From the NCBI GenBank assembly GCA_012840355.1, contig DULN01000010.1:226683-290682 (forward strand): 64,000 nucleotides of DNA, given 5' to 3'. The position numbers were made by a program, and so were the translations under genes. The DNA comes from Clostridiales bacterium (lineage in GTDB: Bacteria; Bacillota; Clostridia; Oscillospirales; CAG-272). Below are positions 1 to 8,694 of the stretch, piece after piece (the first letter of the stretch is position 1; every line of letters starts with the position of its first letter). Below the pieces are notes generated by a model that saw only the letters and a program-made list of their open reading frames with translations, did no database searches and was not told the DNA's origin.

Positions 1-737
1 TACTGCGCGAGCGTCGTACGCTCGGGCGATGCGGGGTCGCGGATCAAAAACCCATCGGCGGTGAGGGTGTCGCCGCCGGCATAGCCGTAGATAATCACCC
101 AATGCGAGGTGCCCGACCACTTTTGCCCGTGGAAGATAACCGGCCTTCCGGCAGCGAGCTGGTTGTAGGCGTACGCCATCCAGTCGGAGCCGGTGTAGCG
201 TGTGTAATGTGAAGGCCAATAAAGCGCCCCGCCTGGCGTAAACGAGCTTGTGCGAACGATAGTCGCAGGAGTTATGGCGGTGCCGGTGCGGAACGACTCG
301 GACATCGCGGTGCAGGTGACGGTGCATCCGATGTTTTTAACGTTTGAGGTACCAAGCTTCATCGAAGCCCAGCGTGAGTCGTACTGCGTGTAATACGGGA
401 CCGAAAGGTTAACCGCAGGGTATTTTTTTGCCTGGGGCGACGCATATCTTCCCACGTATGAGGAGTGCACGTAACCGGTGATGTTGCCGTAGCTTATTTT
501 TGTCCACTCGCCCGACTCTGACAAAATCTCAAACCGAGTGCCTTTGGGAAGAGATGTGATTATAGAGTATGTAAGCCCCGGGCCGGTCCTAACGTTTAAG
601 CCCGTTTGTTTCGTGTTGACGAAGCCCGCCTCGGCGCTTGCTGCGACCGTCAGGGCGGCGGCTACTAAAATCGCCGCGACTATGCCCATGGTTTTTTTGG
701 CAAGGCTTGGCGCAATCCTGGCTTTTCGTATAGTCAT
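1..737 (-). CDS. Secreted SH3b-domain + C39-like (papain-fold) peptidase; 3' end truncated by the window edge
   Basis: My own translation from the ATG at 737 (not in the ORF track because the stop lies outside the window): MTIRKARIAPSLAKKTMGIVAAILVAAALTVAASAEA (signal peptide), then GLNVRTGPGLTYSIITSLPKGTRFEILSESGEWTKISYGNITGYVHSSYV (SH3b-like), then YYTQYDSRW...NIGCTVTCTAM...SHWVIIYGY (Cys/His peptidase_C39_2-like). Confidence 0.6.
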   Translation of the reverse strand, partial: MTIRKARIAPSLAKKTMGIVAAILVAAALTVAASAEAGFVNTKQTGLNVRTGPGLTYSIITSLPKGTRFEILSESGEWTKISYGNITGYVHSSYVGRYASPQAKKYPAVNLSVPYYTQYDSRWASMKLGTSNVKNIGCTVTCTAMSESFRTGTAITPATIVRTSSFTPGGALYWPSHYTRYTGSDWMAYAYNQLAAGRPVIFHGQKWSGTSHWVIIYGYAGGDTLTADGFLIRDPASPERTTLAQ

Positions 738-909
738 CTTTTGCAGTCAACTTCTTTCTTTATTGGATTTGCCCATACCCTTGGCGGGATTATACCATAA
801 AGGCTTTTAAGGTTACAATGCAAAATATCTTCCTAAATTGCCAAATGAGCCTGGCAAATCTGCGTATGCGGCATAAAATGTACTAAAAACATTCCCAAAA
901 GCGAGGGAT

Positions 910-2739
910 ATGCCGCAGATGCTGTGTACGCGCGAGTATAATCGCGAGCATGCAGTCGAGTATGCGAGAAGGTGGGCATACGACCGCAACCCGCTGTTTG
1001 AAAATTATACGGGATTTGGCGGCGACTGCACTAATTTTGTTTCTCAGTGCATTTTCGCCGGATGCTGCGTTATGAATTTTACTGAAACGTTCGGCTGGTA
1101 TTACCTTTCGCCGACCGAACGCGCGCCTGCTTGGACGGGAGTGCAGTACCTTTACAATTTCTTAACCACCAACGCCGGCGAAGGGCCGTATGCCGTTGAG
1201 GTTGGGCCCGAACAAATCCAGATTGGCGATATTATAATCCTCGGCAATAGGGAAGGGGTATTGTACCACTCGCTTATTGTGACCGGATTTGCGCCGGGAG
1301 CCTTCCTTGTAGCCGCACATACGAACGACGCTTACAACCGCAGGCTTGATACATACAATTACTACAGCCTCAAATACCTTCACATAGTCGGCGCAAGGGT
1401 AGAGGTCGAAGGGCTCGACGACTGCTACCTCCCGCTGCTTGAGGGCCGCGCGATTGTCACCGACCGGGGCGAGATTTTGCTCCCGCAAAACGGAGTGCCT
1501 ACGCCTTATACACAGCCATTTGCCCAGCCGCGCGGGAACGGCGCTCTTGAGCGCCAGAGGGCGGGAATGGGCTCGCAGCAGCTCTTGTTTGAGGAAGACG
1601 AGCGGCTAAGGGAGACCGAGCCAGATTTCACATCTGAAGGCATGCCGCTAACGAACGGCACGAGAAACCAGGCGCAAAACAGGCAGCCTTCTGTGGGCAC
1701 ACGTAACGGCGGAGCTCCGCAAAATGGCGCCGCCGCGCCTAATGGCGCAACTCAGCAGCCTGCCCAGCCGCGCGGCATAAACCAAGTGACGCCCGCGCCC
1801 AATGTAACTGAACAACCGGAACCGGATATGACGAGCCAGCCTGCGCCGAATCAGGGAGTTATAGAAGAAGAGACGGCGCCCGATATGGAAGGGATGCCCG
1901 CCCCTGAGCCTGAGTTTTCGGAGCCTTTCCCCATGCCCGATGCCGAGATGGCGCCCGACACTACAGGCGAAGAGCTGCCGGTGCCGGAGCCTGTGCCTTT
2001 GCCCGAAGAGGACACAGATATAGAAATGGGCCCACCGGGCGATATGCCGCCGCAAGGCGTTCCAATGCCTCCGGTAACAACCCAGCCGCCGGCCCCGGGC
2101 GTGCCCCGCACGCAAACCCAAGGCGCCGCCCCTCTTAGCAGCCTTAATATGCCTGGCGCGCCTTCGCTTGCCGCCCAAATGGCATCGGCGGATGTAGACG
2201 GCTTAGGCTGCTATCCGCTGGACCTTGACATGGGGTCGCCTAGGCCTTCCAGGCAACGCTCTGGAGTGTATTTGCGTGAGTTGACTGCCGGAACCCGCGA
2301 AGGCGTGAAGATAGAATCCAAAAAAGACACGCGCGGCGGAGCGGGCACATCGCAAGGCAATGCTGCCCCAGACGCACAGCGTGATAAAGGTCGGGCAAGT
2401 ACGGATGGTATAAATAACAGCACTCAGCCCGAATCATCCGGCGGCGCCGATAAAAACCGCACCAACAAGCCGAATGCCCCGACTGCCGGCAGCAAAGCCG
2501 ATGCCAATGCCGTGTCGGCTATGAGCAGCTCGGCGCCGGCACAGGATACAGCCAAAAAGCCGGAGCCTGCGCCGTCGCAGCGCAGCGCCGCCAACGCTAA
2601 CACGCCGGCGCAAGCCGACTCGGCTGCAGCAAAACATACCTCCCAGCCCAACGTGAGCGCGAGCAAAACGACCGGCTATCGCGACCTTGAAAAAGTAAAG
2701 CCGCGCGTTTGGACCAATCGCGCGACAAAAAATAGATAA
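910..2739 (+). CDS. Amidase_6 ('putative amidase domain') protein with a ~440-aa Pro/Gln/Ala/Glu-rich low-complexity C-terminal tail
   Basis: N-terminus YNREHAVEYARRWAYDRNPLFENYTGFGGDCTNFVSQCIFAG matches my memory of PF12671-type amidase domains. From about residue 170 onward there are no hydrophobic segments, only a P/Q/A/E/N/T-rich sequence. No signal peptide. The start could be the ATG at 910 or the one at 919. Confidence 0.6.
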   Translation: MPQMLCTREYNREHAVEYARRWAYDRNPLFENYTGFGGDCTNFVSQCIFAGCCVMNFTETFGWYYLSPTERAPAWTGVQYLYNFLTTNAGEGPYAVEVGPEQIQIGDIIILGNREGVLYHSLIVTGFAPGAFLVAAHTNDAYNRRLDTYNYYSLKYLHIVGARVEVEGLDDCYLPLLEGRAIVTDRGEILLPQNGVPTPYTQPFAQPRGNGALERQRAGMGSQQLLFEEDERLRETEPDFTSEGMPLTNGTRNQAQNRQPSVGTRNGGAPQNGAAAPNGATQQPAQPRGINQVTPAPNVTEQPEPDMTSQPAPNQGVIEEETAPDMEGMPAPEPEFSEPFPMPDAEMAPDTTGEELPVPEPVPLPEEDTDIEMGPPGDMPPQGVPMPPVTTQPPAPGVPRTQTQGAAPLSSLNMPGAPSLAAQMASADVDGLGCYPLDLDMGSPRPSRQRSGVYLRELTAGTREGVKIESKKDTRGGAGTSQGNAAPDAQRDKGRASTDGINNSTQPESSGGADKNRTNKPNAPTAGSKADANAVSAMSSSAPAQDTAKKPEPAPSQRSAANANTPAQADSAAAKHTSQPNVSASKTTGYRDLEKVKPRVWTNRATKNR

Positions 2740-2754
2740 ACCCACAAAAAACTA

Positions 2755-2796
2755 AAACCGCGCCAAGCTTTTAAGCAAGGCGCGGTTTTTGTTTGC
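2755..2796. terminator. Bidirectional intrinsic terminator between convergent genes
   Basis: Stem aaaaccgcgcc (2755..2765) pairs with ggcgcggtttt (2779..2789). It is flanked by an A-run upstream and a T-run downstream, and lies between the stop at 2739 (+) and the stop at 2820 (-). Confidence 0.6.
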
Positions 2797-2819
2797 GGAT
2801 AATTTTATTGGCAACACCT

Positions 2820-3581
2820 TTACGCTGACTGCGCGCTCCTTGAAAACGTGCGCAGGAAAGCCCTCAGCCTTTCGGTCGGCGGGTCCTCGAGTATCTCCGC
2901 CGGCGTGCCCGACAGCGCGATTACGCCGCCGTCCATGAAAACCACTCGGTCGGCAATGTCGCGCGCGAACGCGATTTCATGCGTGACTATAACCATCGTC
3001 ATATTGTCCGCCGCAAGGCCGCGCATAACAGTGAGCACCTCGCCGGTAAGCTCGGGGTCGAGCGCCGAGGTCGGCTCGTCGAAAAGCATAATGTCGGGCG
3101 ATAGCATCAGCGCGCGGGCAATCGCGACGCGCTGCTTTTGGCCGCCAGAAAGCTCCGAGGGCATCGCGTCGGCTTTGTCGGCAAGCCCCACTTTATAAAG
3201 CAGCTCGGCGGCGCGTTCCGCCGCTGCCTTTTTGTCGAGCAGCCCCCGCAGCACCGGCGCAAGGCAAAGGTTGTCGCGTACGTTCATATGCGGGAAAAGG
3301 TTAAAATGCTGAAACACCATGCCGGTGCGCGAACAGATGTCGCGCGCCTCGCGGTCGCGCACGTACACTCCGTCGCGGACAAGCGCGCGGCCGGCAAGCT
3401 CAATCGTGCCGCCGGATACCCGCTCGAGCCCGACGCAGGCGCGCAGCATCGTCGATTTGCCCGATCCTGACGGCCCGATGACCGCGACGATTTCGCCGCG
3501 CCGGACCGATAGGCTAACGCCGCGCAGCACTTCATTTGTCCCGAAGGATTTCGTAACGTTTATAAGCTTAAGCATTTCCAT
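2820..3581 (-). CDS. Polar amino-acid ABC transporter, ATP-binding protein
   Basis: Walker [13 protein letters not shown] signature [15 protein letters not shown], Walker [13 protein letters not shown]. The layout is GlnQ/ArtP-like. Confidence 0.9.
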   Translation of the reverse strand: MEMLKLINVTKSFGTNEVLRGVSLSVRRGEIVAVIGPSGSGKSTMLRACVGLERVSGGTIELAGRALVRDGVYVRDREARDICSRTGMVFQHFNLFPHMNVRDNLCLAPVLRGLLDKKAAAERAAELLYKVGLADKADAMPSELSGGQKQRVAIARALMLSPDIMLFDEPTSALDPELTGEVLTVMRGLAADNMTMVIVTHEIAFARDIADRVVFMDGGVIALSGTPAEILEDPPTERLRAFLRTFSRSAQSA

Positions 3582-3602
3582 AACTAAATCAAGCCCGCCA
3601 AG

Positions 3603-4226
3603 CTAAAACTTAAATTTTTCCTCAAGCCGCGAAAAAAGGCGGGTGAGAAGAACCGTAAAAAGCAGGTAAAACACCGCAGCGAAGAAGAACGGCGTCACTT
3701 CCGCGCGGCTGTTGACAAGCGAACGGGTATAATGCATAAGGTCGCTTATGCCAATAGCCGAAGCGAGCGCGGTGTCCTTGACAAGCGTAATCGCTTCGTT
3801 AGCCACGGCAGGAAGCACGACCTTTACCATTTGGGGCAAAACAATCCTGAATGTAGTCTGAAAGCTCGAAAGCCCAAGCACGCGCGCCGCTTCGTATTGC
3901 CCCTTGTCGATTGACATGAGCCCGCCGCGGAAAATCTCACAGAAATAAGCCGCGTAGTTCAGCGCGAACGTAAGACACGCGGCGGGGAATCTGTCCATTA
4001 TCAGATATTTCCCGACATATGGCAAAAAAGGCAGTCCAAAATAGAAGAAAAACAGCTGAAGCATCAGCGGCGTGCCGCGCATTACTAATACATAGGCGCG
4101 CGTGAGAAGGCTCACGGGCTTTATCCGGCTGTTTGCAAGGAAAGTAAGCCCAAGCCCGAGCGGGATTGATGTGACGATCGTTATCGCGAAAAGGGCAAGC
4201 GTAAACCCGATGCCCTTAAGCAGCAC
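3603..4226 (-). CDS. Amino-acid ABC transporter permease (His/Glu/Gln/Arg/opine family)
   Basis: Multi-TM 207-aa protein with the EAA-type loop YEAARVLGLSSFQTTFRIVLPQ. It lies 21 nt upstream of the ATPase gene. Confidence 0.85.
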   Translation of the reverse strand: MLLKGIGFTLALFAITIVTSIPLGLGLTFLANSRIKPVSLLTRAYVLVMRGTPLMLQLFFFYFGLPFLPYVGKYLIMDRFPAACLTFALNYAAYFCEIFRGGLMSIDKGQYEAARVLGLSSFQTTFRIVLPQMVKVVLPAVANEAITLVKDTALASAIGISDLMHYTRSLVNSRAEVTPFFFAAVFYLLFTVLLTRLFSRLEEKFKF

Positions 4227-4393
4227 GCCGGTTATTACAAGGAAATCTTGCGTATTAATGGCTATATCCTTATTCTATGTAGTATTTTTATTTTAGAGAA
4301 TTAATTTGCTAAAATATTAATTTATAATGCCCACAGGGCGGGAGTCTATATTCTCCCGCCCTGCTAAACTCTTTGGTTAACTGCGATAATCTC

Positions 4394-5230
4394 TTAACTG
4401 TTTTTCTCGATGAGGTTGAGCCCGACGACCTCGTCGACCACCAGCGCGTCAATCCTGCCAGACTTCAGGTCGAGGAAAGCCGTGGGGTTGTCGCCGTAGG
4501 AGCTGATAAGCTCGCCGAAAGTGGAGGCAATCTCAGGCTTGGAATTGATGGCGTCGAGCGCGGACGAGCCCGCCTGGCACGCGACTTTCTTGCCGGCAAG
4601 GTCGGCGAGCGTCTTTATGCCCGAATCTTCGCGGACGATGACAATCATGCGGTTTGCTAGGTAGGGCTTTGAAATGTTCATCGCTTCAGCGCGCTCGGGG
4701 GTTATCGACATGCCGTTCCAAACGACGTCGATTGACTTGTTCTCAAGCTCCATCTCTTTGGCGTCCCATGAGATGGGCTGCAGCACAAGCTCTACGCCCA
4801 GGCGTTTTGCGACTTCTTTCGCCAAATCGATGTCGAAACCGACGATTTCGCCTTTATCGTCGTAGAACCCCATAGGCTCAAAACCGACGTCGAGCCCGAG
4901 GATGAGCGTGCCTTTATCCTTTATGTATTGCAGCGAGTCGTCGCCCGTATCCACAATCTCGCGCGGGAAAGGCTTATCTTTGAGGAGCTTGTCCTCTCCG
5001 AACCACTTTTTCGAGATTTCTGCCGCGGTGCCGTCGGCTATAACGGCGTCGAGCGCTTCTTGGAGCGCCAGCGTCAGCGCGTTGTCGCCCTTGCGCATGC
5101 CAATGCCATATTCTTCGTAGCCGAAATCCTCCTCAAGCACCACAAACTTCACGCCGGATGACGAGCATCCCGAAAGCGCAAAACAGAATATAAGCAGCGC
5201 GGAGACCAAAAGTGCAGGCAGACGTTTCAT
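4394..5230 (-). CDS. Amino-acid ABC transporter substrate-binding lipoprotein (SBP family 3)
   Basis: Lipoprotein signal MKRLPALLVSALLIFCFALSGCSS (lipobox LSGC) and a family-3 SBP-like body (LILGLDVGFEPMGFYD..., VVWNGMSIT). First gene of the SBP-permease-ATPase operon. A GC hairpin (about 4333..4362) separates it from the permease gene. Confidence 0.85.
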   Translation of the reverse strand: MKRLPALLVSALLIFCFALSGCSSSGVKFVVLEEDFGYEEYGIGMRKGDNALTLALQEALDAVIADGTAAEISKKWFGEDKLLKDKPFPREIVDTGDDSLQYIKDKGTLILGLDVGFEPMGFYDDKGEIVGFDIDLAKEVAKRLGVELVLQPISWDAKEMELENKSIDVVWNGMSITPERAEAMNISKPYLANRMIVIVREDSGIKTLADLAGKKVACQAGSSALDAINSKPEIASTFGELISSYGDNPTAFLDLKSGRIDALVVDEVVGLNLIEKNS

Positions 5231-5253
5231 ATCCTGTTTCCTCCGTTTTTCGC

Positions 5254-5296
5254 TAAAAAAACTAATAGCGGGCCCGCCTATTTTAAAGCCCGCTAT
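5254..5296 (-). terminator. Putative intrinsic terminator after the M23 peptidase gene
   Basis: On the minus strand, atagcgggc pairs with gcccgctat (9 bp, 14-nt loop), followed by tagttttttt. Confidence 0.45.
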
Positions 5297-5362
5297 ATAA
5301 TAACATATTTTCGATAAATTTTCAAGTGATTTAATAAATTAAAGGGATAAAATTTTAATATG

Positions 5363-6373
5363 TCAGTCGTTGACTGCCGGGTCGTAAATGACGGTTTCGG
5401 CGTAATATTCCTTAGCCTCTTTGTCGTAATAGACCTTCGAACGGTTTTTCGCGAGGAATTTCGTAAGCTCGTACATGTCTATCCAAATTTGGTTCCAGCC
5501 GTCCTTTTGCGACGGGTGGAAGATTAGCTGCAGCCCGACGTGCAGGTGCGGCACCGAGATGTTGTTGACGTTCTCGCGAGTGCTGTAGCCGGTCATGCCG
5601 AGATAACCGATAACCTCGCCGGCGTAGACGATTTTGCCCTCGTAGATGTCGTTGTACGGGTGGTTTTTGCGCAGGTGGGCATAGTAATAGTAGCGTTTGC
5701 CGTCAAACGACCTGATGCCGATCCGCCAGCCGCCGTACATGTTCCAGCCGCATGCCTCAACGTAGCCCGACTCGATAGCGATGATGGGAGTGCCGATGCT
5801 GCCCATGATGTCGTGCCCGAGGTGCTGCCGCCTGTACCCGTACGAGCGCGAGTCGCCGAAATCGTCGTAGTGGTGGTAGTAGTAGCCCGCCGCGATTGGC
5901 GAAAACGCCTTAAGCCCATATTTTTCCTCCATCACAACGGTACCGTCGGGGTTTTTCTTCGGGACATGATATGTGCCGACCATCCCGTCCAAAATCGCGC
6001 CGTAGGCTTTGCTGTAGTAGGGGTAGTATTTAAGCCCCGCGGTCAGCTCCTCCATCGTGGTGCCGGATTTCAGCTTTTCGTAAAGCTCAACCAACGCGGA
6101 TTTTTTGTATCGCCGAAAATCGCCGCCCCATTTCGCGCCAAGATACGCAAGAGAGGCGGAAAACCCGGGCGCCCAAGGCTCGTTGTGGTATTTTATATCA
6201 AGCTCCAGCGCGTCGGAAAGCGCCTGCGCGGTCACGTTGAAATCGACGTACTTTATATAGCTTTCTTGAGGTTTCGACTCGGCGCCCCATACCTGCGCGG
6301 CGAAAGAAAACGCGGCGGTGACCGCTAGCGCGACGAACAGCGCACCCGCAATAAGCTGTCTGTTAATACACAT
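5363..6373 (-). CDS. M23 family metallopeptidase (secreted or membrane-anchored)
   Basis: HxxxD motif HLGHDI and HxH motif PHLHVGL. I moved the start to the ATG at 6373 (MCINRQLIAGALFVALAVTAAF... signal/anchor, preceded by GGGGGG). The 439-aa track ORF runs through the neighbouring gene and its N-terminus is low-complexity. Confidence 0.8.
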   Translation of the reverse strand: MCINRQLIAGALFVALAVTAAFSFAAQVWGAESKPQESYIKYVDFNVTAQALSDALELDIKYHNEPWAPGFSASLAYLGAKWGGDFRRYKKSALVELYEKLKSGTTMEELTAGLKYYPYYSKAYGAILDGMVGTYHVPKKNPDGTVVMEEKYGLKAFSPIAAGYYYHHYDDFGDSRSYGYRRQHLGHDIMGSIGTPIIAIESGYVEACGWNMYGGWRIGIRSFDGKRYYYYAHLRKNHPYNDIYEGKIVYAGEVIGYLGMTGYSTRENVNNISVPHLHVGLQLIFHPSQKDGWNQIWIDMYELTKFLAKNRSKVYYDKEAKEYYAETVIYDPAVND

Positions 6374-6473
6374 CCCCCCGCGTTTTTTATATAATACAAA
6401 ATATGCGGATTTAGTTGCTAATATTCGCATGTCCGGGACAGGGGGGAAAGTAACTTCTGGCAGGGCAGCCAAA

Positions 6474-6890
6474 CTAGGAACCTCTACCGAGCATCCTGAT
6501 GAGCCTGCAGATGGCGGTGGCGGGTATACAGAGCAAAAACCAAATCCCCGAGAAAACGGGGCAAATCTGCCCGAGCACGTTAAACCGCTGGTCGGAGTAA
6601 TCCCACACGTTCCAGCCGAGCTTGCGGTTGACAATGCAGCCGACCGCGAACTCAAGCGCGGTGATAATGCCCGCGCCGGCAAGGCAGCGCAGCCAAAGGC
6701 TTCGGCTGTGCATCTTGCGATCGAGAAGGTAGATAAGCGCCATGCAAGTCCCGCCGGTCAGCGTCATCGTCCAGTGCGTAAAGCCGCGGAAGGCTATCTC
6801 AAGAAGGCTGTACAAGACCGCGCCTGTCCCGTAAGCGACGGCGCAGCGTCCAAGCTCGCCCGTGAGCGGTTTTTTGACCATATGCGTCAC
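6474..6890 (-). CDS. Small polytopic membrane protein (PF06541-like 'putative ABC-transporter type IV')
   Basis: Four predicted TM segments and the motif NRKLGWNVWDYSDQRFNVLGQICP, typical of that family. GTG start at 6890, or more likely the ATG at 6881 preceded by GGTGA. Confidence 0.55.
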   Translation of the reverse strand: MTHMVKKPLTGELGRCAVAYGTGAVLYSLLEIAFRGFTHWTMTLTGGTCMALIYLLDRKMHSRSLWLRCLAGAGIITALEFAVGCIVNRKLGWNVWDYSDQRFNVLGQICPVFSGIWFLLCIPATAICRLIRMLGRGS

Positions 6891-6996
6891 CGACTCGCTA
6901 GTTTTTTTGTTTTTTGCACGAAGCTATTTTTGACCCATGGCAGCGCAATTATACCCGCCGAAGAAAAGCGGCAAAGCAAATTTGTCGTTTTTGCTA

Positions 6997-7025
6997 TTGC
7001 AAAACCGCGACGATTATGTTAAATT
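6997..7025 (+). promoter_or_regulatory. Sigma-A-type promoter for the 7062 gene
   Basis: TTGCAA (6997..7002), 17-nt spacer, TAAATT (7020..7025), with TGn immediately upstream of the -10. Confidence 0.45.
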
Positions 7026-7061
7026 GCAAGTAAATGGAAAATATAAACGAGGTGAAAGCAT

Positions 7062-8288
7062 ATGAACACGCGTATGGATCGCTCAAGGCTCAACATTGGA
7101 GCGTATATTCTCGCGCCGTACGCGCGGACGGAGGAGCATATTAGGGACATAGCGGCAGCCGGCGTCGACTTTATCGTCTGCATGGAATACGACAAGCCGG
7201 CGCTCGACTTGTTTTTGAAATACGGCGTCGGCGCGATAGTCTCGGGCATACTTCCCGGTTGGTGGGGCGGCGACGGGCACAACGCCGGCACTATGGCGGA
7301 AAAAAACCCTCTTGAAAAATACGAGGAGGCGGCGAGGAATTTCATTGACCACCCCGCGATATGGGGCATTGACACCGGCGACGAGCCTTCGGCGCTCGAT
7401 TTTGAGCAATACGGCAAGATCATAGACCTTGTTGAAACACGCTTTTCGCGGCAGTTCGCTTACCTCAACCTTTACCCCAACTACGCTTCAGTCGCCCAGA
7501 CTACCGGCGAGCAAAGGGTAAGCCAGCTCGGCACGCCGACTTATGAGGAGTACATAAAGCGCTACTGCGAGTATGTGCCGACCGACTACATTTGCTATGA
7601 CTTTTACATGTACTCCGCGTCGGTTTCGGGAGCATATGAAAACTTGCGCATTGTGTCCGACGCTTGCCTGCGCACCGGACGTTCGCTGTGGATTGTGCTT
7701 CAGGTAAACTCGAGCCGTCCCGAGGAGTGGACAAGCGAGAACCGCCTGCGCTTCCAAGCCTATTCCGCGATGGCGTTCGGCGCCGAGAGTATTATCTGGG
7801 CGTGCTACACTGCTGGCTGGTGGCATAACCAAGTGCTCGACTCGCAGGGCAACAAGACCGAGCAGTACGAAAAGCTGAAAAAGGTCAACGCAGAGATAAA
7901 GGCGCTCGGCGTTCCGTATATGAAATACCGCAGGGTGTCGACTCACTTCGTCGGCTTTGAAGGCACGCCGTACCTTGCCGGAGCAAACCAGGCTCCGTTA
8001 AGTAAGCTCAACACCGGCGTGTTCTTCGATGTATGCGACCCGGACGGCGGCAGCCTTGTGGTCGGCGAGATGGCTGCAAGGTGCGGCGGCTCGCGCGCGC
8101 TTTTCGTCTGCGCAGCGAACGACCCGCTCGACAAGTCCCCCTCGCCCCAGCGCGTCAGCTTCCGCGTCGGCGGCGAGCGCTTGGTGCGCGTTTACAGCAG
8201 CAGCGGTTACGCGACGCTTGAGCGCAGCGACGGAGTTTATACCGTCGAGATCGCCCCGTCGTCGGCGGTGCTGATAGTTGCCGACTAA
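7062..8288 (+). CDS. Hypothetical protein, possibly a TIM-barrel glycoside-hydrolase-like enzyme
   Basis: Good RBS (GAGGTGA) and coding-like composition. Function is only suggested by IWGIDTGDEPS and NLYPNY motifs reminiscent of clan GH-A hydrolases. I do not recognise the family. Confidence 0.4.
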   Translation: MNTRMDRSRLNIGAYILAPYARTEEHIRDIAAAGVDFIVCMEYDKPALDLFLKYGVGAIVSGILPGWWGGDGHNAGTMAEKNPLEKYEEAARNFIDHPAIWGIDTGDEPSALDFEQYGKIIDLVETRFSRQFAYLNLYPNYASVAQTTGEQRVSQLGTPTYEEYIKRYCEYVPTDYICYDFYMYSASVSGAYENLRIVSDACLRTGRSLWIVLQVNSSRPEEWTSENRLRFQAYSAMAFGAESIIWACYTAGWWHNQVLDSQGNKTEQYEKLKKVNAEIKALGVPYMKYRRVSTHFVGFEGTPYLAGANQAPLSKLNTGVFFDVCDPDGGSLVVGEMAARCGGSRALFVCAANDPLDKSPSPQRVSFRVGGERLVRVYSSSGYATLERSDGVYTVEIAPSSAVLIVAD

Positions 8289-8314
8289 TTTTGCTAAAAA
8301 TCGGCTTAGCCCTG

Positions 8315-8343
8315 TTGACAAAAAGGTGAATGTGTGGTATAAT
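8315..8343 (+). promoter_or_regulatory. Sigma-A-type promoter of the T-box/trpB unit
   Basis: TTGACA (8315..8320), 17-nt spacer, TATAAT (8338..8343), with an extended -10 TGg. Confidence 0.6.
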
Positions 8344-8349
8344 GCGAAA

Positions 8350-8651
8350 AAAAAAACCGGCGATTGAGAGAAGTAACATATCAAGCCGCGCCCAGAGAGC
8401 GGACGGGTGGTGGGAGTTCCGTCGCGGCAAGATATGCGAATGGGCTCATGAGGGCGGCCTGAAAGCGGGGGAGGGGCGACTCAGGCTCCGCAAGTAAGCG
8501 CCGACGGAATCCGGCCGTTATCATCCGGAGGGCGTATAAAAGCGTGCAAGGCGCGGAGTACGCCGCAGAGTGGGCGGCTTTGCCGCCAAGTCAGGTGGTA
8601 CCGCAGAGATCAAATGATCCCTGTCCTGAGCGTTTCAGGACAGGGATTTTT
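8350..8651 (+). promoter_or_regulatory. T-box riboswitch leader, tryptophan specifier (UGG), with intrinsic terminator
   Basis: Stem I elements: AGUA at gaAGTAac, AG-bulge ccAGAGAGc, distal loop GGTGGGAG. Specifier context GAA-TGG-G with TGG at 8441..8443. Conserved T-box sequence AGGTGGTACCGCAG (about 8592..8606). Terminator stem tccctgtcctga (8618..8629) pairs with tcaggacaggga (8635..8646), followed by TTTTT. Confidence 0.8.
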
Positions 8652-8694
8652 AGTTTGTAAAAAATATAAATTTATAATACAAGGAGAAAGCAAG

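Noticed and set aside
538-810. 90-aa plus-strand ORF from the supplied track
   Set aside because: It lies antisense to the 5' part of a much more convincing minus-strand gene (signal peptide + SH3b + C39-like peptidase, start at 737). It has no RBS or recognisable domain.
5363-6682. 439-aa version of the M23 peptidase ORF
   Set aside because: The first 103 codons are Ser/Pro/Gly-rich low complexity and overlap a separate, well-formed membrane-protein gene (6474..6890). An internal ATG at 6373 with a G-rich RBS yields a normal signal/anchor, so the shorter model is preferred.
8614-8694. N-terminal extension of the trpB ORF ([20 protein letters not shown]...)
   Set aside because: These codons are the T-box terminator hairpin and its U-tract. 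The ATG at 8695 has a proper AGGAGA RBS.
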